Source: Bigelowiella natans CCMP2755 (taxonomy: Eukaryota; Protista; Cercozoa). From it: DNA of 33,077 nucleotides. Numbering within the stretch: position 1 is the stretch's first letter; the number at the start of each line of letters is the position of its first letter. A model generated the notes under the pieces. The model made no database searches. It worked only from the letters and a program-made list of their open reading frames with translations, and had not been told where the DNA came from. Both the position numbers and the translations under genes were made by a program. The DNA lies in the NCBI GenBank assembly GCA_000320545.1, contig ADNK01000460.1:1-33077 (forward strand). The letters run 5' to 3'. This document shows, piece after piece, positions 1-12,144 of the stretch.

Positions 1-207
1 AGTGTGAGAAGAACTTGTTCCGGTTTATTATTTTCTACAATCGAAAAAACTACTCGAACCGAGGATCCAGCAGGGCTCTTTTTGGTCGCCTGTTTTCTCC
101 ACGAGGGGAGAAAAAATTCAGTCGTGTAAACAATCATCCCCGCATCTTCTCGGTTGTCGTCAGCCCCACACACACACACGACCTCCAAGTATATAGCTCC
201 CCCCCCC

Positions 208-267
<60 letters not shown>

Positions 268-567
268 TGATTGGAATATAATACATGTGCGACTGCACGA
301 GTGAATATGATATGTCCTGAGAAAGGGAGGGAGGGAGAGAGAAGAGGGAAGGGAGTGAGGGTACGACCTATATACTTGATATGACCGAACTAACAATGGA
401 GCTAACGACAACCCAGAAGATACGAAGATGATTGTTTTCACGACTGAATTTGTTCTCCCAATCGTGTAGAAAACAGACAACCAAAAAGAGCTCCTGTTGG
501 ATCCTCGGTTCCTGCTGCTTCTTCGATTGCAGAAAATAATAAAACTGCAACAAATTCTTCTCTCACT
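1..567. repeat. Inverted repeat: arms 1-168 and 397-567, roughly 80% identical, about 230-bp spacer
   Basis: The reverse complement of 397-567 aligns to 1-168 with shared blocks such as tttattattttct, gaaccgaggatcca, gctctttttggt, aaattcagtcgtg and aaacaatcatc. The left arm runs off the window edge. Confidence 0.9.
167..268. repeat. Compound microsatellite (CA)n-(C)n-(CT)n-(AT)n
   Basis: Read directly; lies in the spacer of the inverted repeat. Confidence 0.95.
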
Positions 568-1475
568 TTCAACCGTCCTCCATTGCCGTTTAGAAGCAAG
601 AGGGTTGTGTTCAAAGTGGATATCGACGAAGGCATATGTGACAGCGTGTTTTCTTTGGTTCGTGCCAAGATTGCGGTTCACAGGGCCTTGGTGCACTTGA
701 AACAAACGAAAAAATTGAAAAACCGTCGTGCACTTGTGCCGTACTATGCAAAGAAGGCAGCTTTAATGCTAAGCAGCGAAGAAGTATCTCGAACTCCACG
801 CCAAGTGGTGAAAAATGTTGCGACTGAATTGAAGGCATTTCGGGTATGTGGCTACATAGCATCAGTCGTCTTGAAAATCCCTTATCGTGGAGATGTTTTT
901 AAAGAACATGACGTTTCTTTACTATGTGTAATCTAACTATGTTTCTTGATTTGTTGGGTAGTTTTTCTCATAAAATTCTTCAGACCATGTGTACTCAAAT
1001 TATCAAAATGATTCAATTTCTTGGCATTGCATCATTGTTGTGCCGTTTGCTCGAGTAGGTACCGGTGAATGCAGTGGAACTGTTCGGAGCTTACACGAAA
1101 GGGCGAGATCGGACGAGGGAGTTGTTCAAAAATATCTCGGTTTCGCGACGAGAGATCGCAAGAGATAGAAAGGCAAAGAAAAGGCAGGCTAAGGAGAGGA
1201 AAGAAGAAATTAAAAAAGCGAAAATTGAGGAGTTGATCAACCGTCGCATGCAGGAGGCGGCAGCAGAACACCAAAGGCAGCTTCGCAAAGAAAGGGAGGA
1301 TTTCCACCGTAAGGTGAATCAAACACATAGGGCCATCAAAACGCATGCCCGACATTTAGTACGCCTGGCAAAAACCGTGAAGAAATTGGAAAGATTTGGG
1401 CGCAAAGAAGGATACATTTCCGATCCTCTTTTACCATGGACACGAATTCTTTGTAAATTCGCACGAAATCGCTGA
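448..1475 (+). CDS. Hypothetical basic protein with C-terminal coiled coil; at least 2 exons, 5' end unresolved
   Basis: Frame open from 448; donor CGG|gtatgt at 844 and acceptor tag|GTA at 1058/1059 join in phase 0 (TELKAFR|VPVNAVELF); Lys/Glu/Arg-rich heptad-like region; stop 1473-1475. No family recognised and no in-frame ATG found. Confidence 0.6.
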
Positions 1476-1544
1476 GTGGAGGGTATTCAAATTGTGAACG
1501 ACTTGCAGAATTGGGAGACGTTAACTTTAAGCAGAAGACCATCT

Positions 1545-2180
1545 ACCTAGCATCGTCTTAATGCGCAGCTTATCATTATATCCCCACATTTGCTAGACCT
1601 AGACTAATGCCACATATAGCTACCTACTAGATAAGCTATCAGATGCGCATACAACAATGCCCAAATTTGCACGTAGATGCTGCTTTAGCCATATTGCCGT
1701 TCTAGCGTGTTACATAGCTAGTACGCTAATAGATAGTTGCTGATATGGCAGCATGCGCTAGTGCGGCATGCACACGTGCCTTGCCTGTGATGTGACGAGC
1801 TTGTCCGGTGCCATTGTAGCATAGCGCCAGCTAGCTAGCTAGCTCTAGAGCTAGTGCGTCCCGACTGCCCGTCTGCATGTATACCGTACGCATGTGAGCG
1901 TTCCAGAGTTGGCATGTACTAGCTAGCTAGATAGCTCGCGCTCGGCTGCTGATTAACAGTGAAGTGAAGCTGCGCAGCGTCATGGGAAATCCGGTTGTGA
2001 TGGACCACATATGCACGGCTACATATATGCTTGATGCTTGATACGCAACAAGTACGTACCATGAAGTACCAATACTGATACTCTAATTGCATGCATTGTG
2101 GAACTGTATCGAGAGTGAGGTTTTGCTTGGAATAACTGTGTTTTTGCAGGCCAACAGCATGCGGTATTCGCTAATCTAGA
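1545..2180. other. Palindrome-rich (CTAG/AGCT/CATG/TGCA) intergenic block 1, at a convergent junction
   Basis: Dense tagc/gcat/ctag words, e.g. agctagctagctagct 1829-1844; no long ORF; lies between stops at 1475 (+) and 2286 (-). Boundaries approximate. Confidence 0.75.
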
Positions 2181-2285
2181 TACATACTACCAGGCAATAA
2201 AGTGAATATTTCATGCTTGTTGCACACAGTCAGTAGTAGCAGCTCTGGAATGTCATCTCATATCAGCAGAGAAAAAGAGACAATC

Positions 2286-3746
2286 TTAATCCAGCACAAT
2301 ACTTTCCCTTCTCCGAGATTCACGATTGACATTGCACCCTGTGAGTAATGTTTCGCTTTCAAATTTCTCGAGGCCTTCAATGGCCGTATTGGAACATGTT
2401 TGAAAACCACCTTCAACAGCGCTAGCTTCAGTACTCTGGGCGCACCATAACGAAGAACGCACGTCTTGGATGATCCTTTGGAACGATTGTAAATAATATT
2501 AATACAGCCCTTTCATTGAACAACACATGGTGGTGGTTGCAAACTATTCTACCTGTTATTGACTTCTTTTTGCCATTCTGTCTGTGGATTGAGAATCATA
2601 TTTGCTGAGATCTCCAGTTGGCGTAACGCAGAATCCAAGGAGAAATCGCTCATCTGTCCTCCTTTGGCCAGCCACATGGCGACGGCAGCAGTAAATAAAA
2701 CAACATACACCTGAAAGAGAAGATTACTCAACCAGAAAAACCCTAAAGACTGCAGGCTAACCCTGATCTTGTCAATTAGTGGGTACATACTCCGCAGTTG
2801 TAGTCATCCGCTTGGACTGTATCGTGCGTCCGGGTTAATATGAGAGAAGGGTCAAGGCCTGTTGGTAGAAGTGGTAGCAGTAGTAGTAGTAGTAGTACAT
2901 CTGCTTGTCAGGCTGCGAACAATGATAGCGCATAGCACCGCCAAACGACGTCGTCGTCGTCGTCGCCCAGCAACTCACCTCGTAGGGATTCCTGAAGGGG
3001 AACCAAGTCGTCTCTCGGTATGTAGTTCGTTCCAAAGCTGTCGATCAGGAACGCGGAACAACGACGGCCCTAGTGATGATTGGTATGGAGAAACGACGAT
3101 GTTCAACAAAAGGCCATACGTACATGACAAAAAGGTCTTGTGCCTATCTTACCAGTGCGCCTTTGCTGTTGTTTTGGATATGAAGCACAAATAAGACGAA
3201 ATGGTCATCGTGCCATAGATGGAAGAATAAGGTGTGTTCCTGAGGAGGGAAACAAGGGCAGCAGCAAGCTCATACTCGGCTACTATTTTCAACCAACCAA
3301 AACCCTCAGCGAAAACCTTAATTTCACAGAATTTTCTTCGCCAACTCTTCCTTCGGAAAAGATCGCACAGAGACTTGAGAGAGCGTCCATACCTGCGGAC
3401 CATTTACACCATCCCCATTATCATTTACACCATCCCCATCATCATTTCATCGTGGGGAAAGAAGCGCAACTGCTGCAGCACCCACATCATCTTGAAGTAA
3501 TGACTGACAACGATTGACGACTCTTCTTTCCCAGGACTTTTATGCTTGGAATCATCACGTTTGGTGCCTTCCAGCCTCAAAGCCTGGGATGTCAGGAGAA
3601 TTGAAGCGCACGTGACCTGAGAACAGCAGCAGTAGCAGTTCTTGAATCATCATCATCATCACCATCATCATCATCATAAAAGTGAAGGAATAGTGTTAAA
3701 TGTCACTGATCAGCAGCCGTGCATTAACTACTACAACAAAAACTAT

Positions 3747-3782
<36 letters not shown>

Positions 3783-5639
3783 AACCTGATCTGTTTTTAG
3801 CCAAGACGTATCCATGGCAATAGATGCATTCCCCTGAAGCTCCAAGTTTTCATCGGATATCTTGAAAATTCGAACTACTATATCCGCCTGCTGCTGCTGC
3901 TGCTGCTGCTGCTGGACCTTCGACAAATAATTCAGGTTGAGCTGCTGCTTGGATACGACGACGACCTCTCTCCTCCTCCCCCCCTCTCTCTTTCTCTCCC
4001 TGTTTTCACCCACTTCTTATGTTGTTTTATTGTTGTCAGTGTGCGCGCGCTCTGTGTTTACTCACAAGTAATCATGAAGTCATGACCTTTGGAAATGGAT
4101 CCTCCCCTCGTGACGATGATGTCCTCCTTTTAAGCCTTATTGACGAAGAAGAAGACGTTTGTATATCTAGATGGTTCTCATGTACGTCATCTTGTCCTTT
4201 CTTGCTGTTTGTTCGTGAACTCAATTTATTTTCTCTTTCATGATCACGTGGAAATGTCGTTTTCGCCTTCCTCTGCGCTGCCCTCTGCTCTCGCAACATC
4301 GCCATTTTTTTTAGAAAATAATTTGCAGGTGTGGTGGTTGGTGAAGGTGCCACTGTTTTGCTCGCATTTTCTGTTGAACAAGTTCTGTTGATGATGGAGG
4401 AGCTCCTGCTATTATTATTATCGTTATTATTATTATTAGTAGTATCTCTTCCACAAGTAATGCGACGACTTTCCCCATTGCTGCTGCCTCTGAAATTATT
4501 CTGATCCCCATTTGTGCTGCAGTTGCTTCTATCGTCTTTGCCAGAATCCCTACTGCTCTTACTTCTACGTCCACTAAGATTATTGAATACTTCTGTAATG
4601 CCATCGCACTCATTATCGTTGTTGTAAAATACTTCTTCAGAATCTAAATTGCAAGTCGTCGTCACCCCCTTTTCATCTTCATTCGGCGGAGAGTCACTAC
4701 TACTTTCCGTTAAACAAATGGCTTCGTCTTTAGAGGCGCCTCTATTGGTGGCGGATGATGCTCGACCAGGTTTGGGCGGCTGCTGCGAGTACGTTTGAAC
4801 TCCAATGCTGTCATCTATTCGGATGATGGGAACTACATCGGAAGAAGATCTTCGGATTAAATCGTAAAGAATTTTATCCCCAAGCAGAGATCCTTCATCC
4901 TCGGAAAGAATACTCGGCGAATCTATCACTAGAGTGTGACCGAAGAATCTCGAGGAGGAGGAGGAGGAGGAGGAGGGCACGTCCTCAAAAAAGAAAGAGT
5001 TGTTGATATTCTTGGTTCGTGGGAGCTTGCTGTGAATAGCTACATCCTTATGGCCAGCCGCCTTGTCTCTATGGCGCTTCTTGGTCCCCCTTTTTATGAT
5101 CTTCTTCTCTTCCACCCTCCCTTCTTCTCTTCCTCTTCCTCCTTCTCCTCCTCCTCTATCGAGGCCACTACCATAATCCTTCTCATCATCCACCAGATTG
5201 ATGACACATGCAGACCCTCTTTTCTTCTGGTGTGTCTTAGCTGTGGAGCTCCATCGTTCCTGCCCTTCTCCTCTTTCCTCCTCGCACATTTCGTGAGCCT
5301 TCCTCCTCGCAGGCGGGTTCTCATCACATACCTCAGCTCTCACCTCATGCACGACTCCATGTTCCAACAAACTCTCCTCCTCGGGACCTGGAGGGCTTGC
5401 CGAGAGGAGATCAGGAAATGAAAAGAATGACGGCGACTGATGCCCCATTAAAGAAAGAAGAGCTTATGGATCCCACTTGTCCTACTGCTCCTCCTTTCAC
5501 GTCCCTTTTCTCTCTCCTCCTCTTCCTCCTCTTCCTCCTCCTTAATCTTATGAAGGCTCCTCCTCTCCTTTCCGATGCCACTTATTGTGCCGCAATTGTT
5601 GTCATATTTTCCTTGTCGCACTGCATTAACAGAGGCCAT
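2286..5639 (-). CDS. Ulp1/SENP-family cysteine peptidase (C48, SUMO/NEDD8-type protease) with long low-complexity N-terminus; about 9 exons
   Basis: Spliced C-terminal exons give SWLKTDQVTCASILL (WL motif), TLFFHLWHDDHFVLFVLHI (catalytic His), FLIDSF (Asp) and VQADDYNCG|VYVV (Gln and Cys), in C48 order. Stop at 2286-2288. Start at 5639 is inferred, with an intron near 5476-5390; some internal junctions are ambiguous. Confidence 0.85.
3401..3442. repeat. 21-bp tandem duplication in an intron
   Basis: catttacaccatccccattat / catttacaccatccccatcat. Confidence 0.9.
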
Positions 5640-5917
5640 TCTATTCCACCACTTTTCCCGTTCGTAGCTTGGTGAGCAGGAGCATCGTCATCCATCCCCC
5701 TCTCTCTCTCAACGGAAGGAAGGACCAAAGAATGGGTGACCACGAGCTGGCGGTTATCCTTTCAAAAGTCTGACGTATTCGGCAAATCTTTGTCCACTTT
5801 TCGATTTTGGTTGAAAGGGGTGCTATCGAACATACAGTGAGATTACACCATCCCGACTCCAATCCGAAACTTCCGCAATAACCCCGTGAGCGTAGGAATA
5901 CGTGAGTTGTCGACAAA

Positions 5918-6959
5918 ATGTCTAGTAGCGACTTGGTCATTGACCGCAAGGAACCGCAAGTAATGAAAAGACTAATATCGTTAAGTACCGATCGAGCAAA
6001 AAGTTTGCTTCCATTGCATTCATTTATCCTGTTAACATTGTAAACAGGTCAGTGATTGGGGGGCACTTTCTGAAGGCGAAGACGACGAAGAGGCACCATT
6101 ATCGAGGGTTTTGGAGAGGGGATTCAAGGGGCTCGAGCGTGACGTTTCGCAGAATGAACAAGACGAACTTGTCAGTTCTGCCATTTCCCCTTCTCAATGC
6201 TAGAATTGCTAATTATTACGTGCATAAACAACTTACACTAATCAGGAGGCCTGGCTGAATGATTCTGCTGGTGACACGACACCACCACCATCGCCACCAA
6301 AAATAGAATCACGGAAGCTTCCTCGTTCTCCGAAAAAGGTGAACATTGAGCGGGGGTTTGAAACAGTGACGCGCGAGATAGCTTCTGCATCTGGAAGTGG
6401 GGTATTGAAGCAACGAAAGGGGGGTGGGAAGGACTCGACTTCCACCACCCCCGTCGATAACTCTACATCAACGGGATTAAGGATGACCCACAGGAACAAT
6501 AACCAGCGCAGTATCAAATCAGGCCCCTTAGCCACCACAAATTCGCAAGTTGTTTTGAGGAGAACTTGGAACGGAGGGGTTCAGCAGTCGGATCCGAAGA
6601 AGGACGACGACTTCAAAGCGACAGACTCATTATCTGAAAATCGAAGTAGTAGTTGCATCGGTTCATCAGTAGGAGGCATCAAAATTGTCGATGGTGATGA
6701 TGATGATGATGAGAAAACCTCAGAGAGAATGGTGAACAAGGGGAGACACCACGATAGTCCTCAGCACCATCATCATGACCTTGCATCATCAGCGAATGGA
6801 AAGAAAGAAGTGGGTCAGAAAACAAAAAGTGATAAACGCCTAGGATTATTAGCAATGCTGTTGAACACGGCTGGCTTCGCTATCTCGATAATCATGATGG
6901 CTGGTGCGGCGGTAGGAAAACAATTAAAAGCAGCAGCAAATAAACAAGTGTGAACTCAT

Positions 6960-7034
<75 letters not shown>

Positions 7035-7177
7035 AACACATACATGTATTGTTCAAAGGTCAAAGCAGGGGCATGTGGAATCGTAAACTTTTTGAAGCTG
7101 ATGCGAAGTACCAAAAGGGTGCGCTACGTGGTCATGATCACTCTGCTCTCATTTCTGGTAAAGCAACAAAAACCCGC

Positions 7178-7211
<34 letters not shown>

Positions 7212-7908
7212 GGTAGTGGTAATATATCGTGCCACAGCTATCTTCTTATGAATGCTAACTTTTTCCTACAGGTTACCGGTCAAATTCTTTTACGGTCCAT
7301 CGAGACGAGCAGCATTCTCCAGACAAGTAGCGCCTCAAAGAAAGCATTTGGAAACCTACAGGTTGTCTCCAACCCCCACCTCCCTCCTTCTCCTCCTCCT
7401 CCTCCTCTTCCTCCTAGCGAAACCACCGGTAACAAGGGGGGCAATGAGGAGGATAGAGGTAGCGACAATGATGGGACGACCAATGGCGCAGTAGCAGCAG
7501 AAGCAGCCACCTCAGTCGTCAAACTAGTCAATGATGATGATCCAGCAGGGATGTCTGTGGCTAACGCTATCAACACCTTACCTGAGAATAAAAACAGTAC
7601 ATCCAGCACTCATAATATAGAGGACGACGATCATGATAGTAGTAGTAGTAGTAGTAGTAGTAGTTATAGCACTGGTGGAGACAGTAGCAGATATCAAGCA
7701 GAAGATAGTAATGGAGGAGAGTCCACGTCCCTTCCTGCCGGTAACGTTACCCCCACTGCAGCAGTAGTTTCTGTGGAACCAAAAACTAACAATACTTTAG
7801 ATGCTAGTGCGGGAGGAAGCGATGCTGCTGCGCTAGGTGTAATAGATGGAAGTGGCTCTAATAATGCCACCGATACGAATGGTTACACGAATAGCAGCAT
7901 CGGTGGCG

Positions 7909-7942
<34 letters not shown>

Positions 7943-9025
7943 ATTTATGGTTGATGATAGCTCCGTCGATCAAAAAAAAGAAGCTGTTTCTCCCAGTAAT
8001 ACTACAGCAGCAGCAGCAGCAGTAGACCCTATCATGAACCCCTCCTCATCAGCACAACAGCCATCTTCACCAGCCCCTGCTATTCTGCTCCCTTCACATT
8101 CAGAGCCGATATCTTCGTCTTCACCGTCTAAAAAGAGAAGCCTTGCTTCCCCTGCTGCAGCATATACTACACAAATAGAGATAGCTAATCCTGAGGCCGC
8201 CATAAACACCAATAAAACCTTAAAGGCCACTATAGAATCAGAAGCACTATCAACTCTATCGTCACAATCATCACTTTCTCCAATTCCTTCTCCTCCTCCT
8301 GCTCCTGTCCCAGCCTCCCGCTCTAGGCCACTCCAGAGTCATACAACAGAGAGTTCTAATGATAGCAGAAATAGTCATACCAACAATGGAGGTGGTGGTA
8401 GCAGTAGCAGTAGAAGTAGTAAAAATAGTAGTAATAGTAGTAGCAGTAATAGTAGTGGTAGTAGTGGTAGTAGCAGTAGTAGAAGGGATATTAGCAAGAA
8501 TCATGCAAAAAATAATGCAACTGTGAGTACCAGCACAGACAGGAATGAGGACGCAGGAATATCGATTACAGTACCAACCACCGCTGCTTCTTCAGCTACT
8601 AGAGAAGGGAGCGTGGGGAGGCAGCGGGACTATGCTGCTTCCTTAGGCCACACTGAAAAAGATGGAGGAAAACATCATTCAGATGAGCTTCGACCAAGTC
8701 CAAAAAATACAACAGCGAAAGTGATGGCAGCAAATCTAACATTAATGAAAACAGACAAAATTACATCTCCCTCCTCCCTCCCCTCATCTTCCTCCTCTGC
8801 TACAACCTTAAACTCCTCCGCAAATCTTCCTCTTCGCCATCCACAAGACCAAGCCGAGAATGCTGAAACACCAGTTACGTTATCAGCAGGGGCCAATAGA
8901 ACAGAAAAGCGACAGGAAGAAAACCCCAAAGACAACCACAAAAGTGGTAACAATTCTACAATTGTAGGCCGGACACACGGTTCTCCTACCACTACCACAG
9001 CTGTTAAGATGATCAGCAGGAGCAA

Positions 9026-9057
<32 letters not shown>

Positions 9058-9436
9058 GTAAAACCATAAATGGTGCTATTGCTGTTGGTACCAGCAGTGC
9101 TAATAATAGCAGCGGTAATAGCGATGATGAAGGAGGAGGAGAAAGAAGTAACAAAGGTAGTGGGTTTAGTAGTAGCAGTGCAGAGTTAGAGGCAATGAGG
9201 GAGGCTCTGGAGAGGGAGAAAGCTGCTCACGAAAAGGTACGAACACCTCAGTTGGCAAACCTATAACGTCTACACCTTACTTGTTGCGTTTGCGAGCGAC
9301 CAAACGAAAGTTGTTAATTGATATATACGAAAAGTTTGTTTCCATTAAAAATGACAAATCCTGCTTGAACGCTTTGCAAATACGTTATTACGATTAGTCC
9401 AAGAAGGAGCTGAACATGCTGAAACGAAAAAGGTGA
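5918..9436 (+). CDS. Hypothetical membrane-anchored Ser/Thr/Asn-rich low-complexity protein; about 6 exons
   Basis: Phase-0 chain MSSSDLVIDRKEPQ|VSDWGAL...QDEL|EAWLND...ANKQ|VKAGAC...LLSFL|VTGQ...AHEK|SKKELNMLKRKR*. Two hydrophobic stretches (LGLLAMLLNTAGFAISIIMMAGAAV; YVVMITLLSFLVTGQILL). One exon of about 2 kb with poly-Ser from (AGT)n. Confidence 0.7.
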
Positions 9437-9804
9437 TAGAAATTATTGAGTATGATGGTAGCCACTCTGACGTTAACTATGCGTGATATTTTGTCAACAC
9501 ATCTCACACACAAAGACGAACATCGCACATTCACACTCATACAGCACGCATGATGTAACACATCATTTGTTGTAGTGAAGTCTGCTGCTATCTGTTATGG
9601 GAATATCATTCGAAAGGGAAAAGCTGATAAAAATATTTCTCGGGTGAAACGCAAGTGATTTATTTTTTTCCAGCATGTAGGATTGGGGAAGCAAGTTAGA
9701 GCAAGGAAGAATTTACTTCAAAAAAGTTGAAAATAGCACGAGATATATAGCTGGGCGAAAGCAGGGTACTTTCAAAAAATAGCAATCATTTTTCTGAAGG
9801 TTGA

Positions 9805-10560
9805 GACACTCATGTTATTGTGCATGATGATGCGAGCACATATAAAGATGTTGCTGATGACACTCTTCGATGTGACCGTTGCGCGAGCCTACGAAATGCT
9901 ATGCGGACCGTGCATTACGTGGCCATCGTCATCGCTGCACATGTGCGCATGTAGCGTCGATTGCCATCATCATTGTGCACACAGCATCGCTGTCCGCAAA
10001 TCTCTGTCTAGATGTGCCACCTGTCCGCACTACTAGACTAGCGCAGGATGGCGTGCTAGCATGCATTGTCACACATGACGCACGTTGCAAACAGATGCAT
10101 GTGCTTGTGAACACTAGAACATGCTGCCTCCAGTCTAGCAGTCTAGCAGTGAGCATTCTAGCATTGCACAAAACGCAGTTTCGTCGGAGCAAAGTGCCGT
10201 TTTGAAACAATGCGCAAAGCAATCTAGCAATGCTACAATCAGCAAAATCGAAATCGGTGCGCATGACGCACATGCTAGCATGCCAGCATGCACACGCTGG
10301 CGCGTGCTGTTGTCTGGCTTCGATGGGAGCACCAAGAGAAAACACTGAATGACTTTTCCCATTCACTCACGATCGAACACGAGGACAAAGACAATGATGA
10401 AAAACAACGTTTCCAAAGCGTGGCAAGACACTTGCAATGCACAATGATGAGAACAATGAGAACAATGATGAAAAACAACGTTTCCAAAGTGTGGCAAGAC
10501 ACTTGCAATGCACAACCTCATCGTGTCGAACTGATCGCTGTGAGCAACGCTCCGCTTGGC
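9805..10560. other. Palindrome-rich block 2; probable decayed GC-rich, possibly once coding, element
   Basis: Ten CTAG in 10008-10278 and no CCGG seen; no TAA on the + strand in 9846-10593; all stops in the + frames there are TAG or TGA. Confidence 0.7.
10391..10515. repeat. 54-bp direct duplication (10391-10444, 10462-10515), one mismatch
   Basis: acaatgatgaaaaacaacgtttccaaag[c/t]gtggcaagacacttgcaatgcacaa in both copies. Confidence 0.95.
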
Positions 10561-10666
10561 GAAGACGACACAATTCAACCGTTGTCGCAAATTTAAATTC
10601 TTGTGAGAAAGTGTAAGGAATCTCTAAAACCCCGTCACCACCGGGTTGTTAAAGGTTATCTACTAG

Positions 10667-12108
10667 AACTGCACTCATCAACGTCCACCTCGTTCCATCC
10701 CTCTGTGTGCCTTGGAGCATGTTTCGGATCGTGCGCCGCAGCATGTTGCTGCACTGCTGTTTCCAAAGCTTGCGGATTTGCGAATTCAAAATCAGAACGA
10801 TTCCATAAAGTCCCTTACACAATCCTTATATTCTTCTCTATCCTTGTCGCCATCATCCTGAGGGCTTATCATCAAGATTTGGGAGTAAGAAGCAACCACT
10901 ATTGTGTATCTTTCGTTGTGTTGAGTTTCACCATGATTAGTTTTCTATCTACCCGGGAATCCATTTCACTGCATGCAGCGAGTCATGTCAGGTAGGGCCA
11001 TGTTCATTCTCTTCCTTCACCGAGACTCAACAGCCTCACTGCTGCTGTGTATTTCGTCCAGGGAGACCAGGCGGTGTATAGGATCAGTTTAGCATTAGCC
11101 TTATTCTTCGCTTTCCACGCATTTATCATTGGTTTTTCGCCGTTCGGCTTTGGAAGGGAGCTTCATACATCGTGAGGACCTTCTTCTTGCAACGTTGGAG
11201 ATCATCATAACTTGAACAACTGTATTATTCTAGGTATTTCGGAGTCAAAACTATCGCATTTATCGGAATGGTTATTGGCGTGTTCTATATCGCACCAGAT
11301 AGGTCATCATTAACTCCTGCACGATTACTCACAGTAGTATTGATTGATTTTTTTTGAGTTTCTTTGAGTAGAAATGACAGATGGTCTATTTGAACAGAAT
11401 GGATGAATATGCCGACGCCTGCCGTGTCATTTCTTTGCTCTTCCTGGTCTTTCAGACCGTCGCTATCATCGATTATGCATATACGTTACACTTTTGGATG
11501 GTAATAAATCCCCTTCATAATTGCTTACTAATTGCAAAAGCAGCCAAATAAGTGTTATGTTTTTGATCGTAACTATAGATTGACAAGAATGACCACACTT
11601 GGGATATTGCAAACTTGGCAATTTCCGGGTTGATGTATGCAGCTTCCGTTACTATCGTTGGACTACTCTTTCATTGGTTTGCTGGTAACGCCTAGACTAC
11701 TTAATTGCCTAATGCCAGCAGAACAAAGATCAAGTGCAGAATTGATTCATTCTTTATTCCTTCTTAGATGGACCGACTTGCGGGGTCGAGAAGTTTGTGC
11801 TGTCAATGACCCTTATAGTGCCTTTCGTTTTCTCGGTAGTACGCCAGAAATAGATCTCATTGTTGTTGTGTAAATGGTGGTTACGTGGCATCAGTAATGT
11901 ACTTTTCAATAGGTTCTTTCAGTTACTGAAGTGTGTCCTCATGGGGCGCTGTTCCCATCTGCAGCTATTACTGGATATGTCGTATACATAGCATACACAG
12001 CGATGCTCAGCAGCCCGAAGACCGAATGCAACGTTTTCTTGAGAAGGGTGAGGGCACTTTTGGTTGGAATGTAGACATGAAATATCTATTTGCACACAAA
12101 CACTTTTA

Positions 12109-12144
<36 letters not shown>

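Noticed and set aside
5641-5949. Minus-strand ORF as first exon of the Ulp1 gene
   Set aside because: It overlaps the better supported + strand start at 5918 and cannot be phase-joined to the 5639 frame.
10202-10260. ATISKIEIG resembling an XRE helix-turn-helix in block 2
   Set aside because: Spacing to the upstream Ala is two residues short, the frame is interrupted and the match is too short to support.
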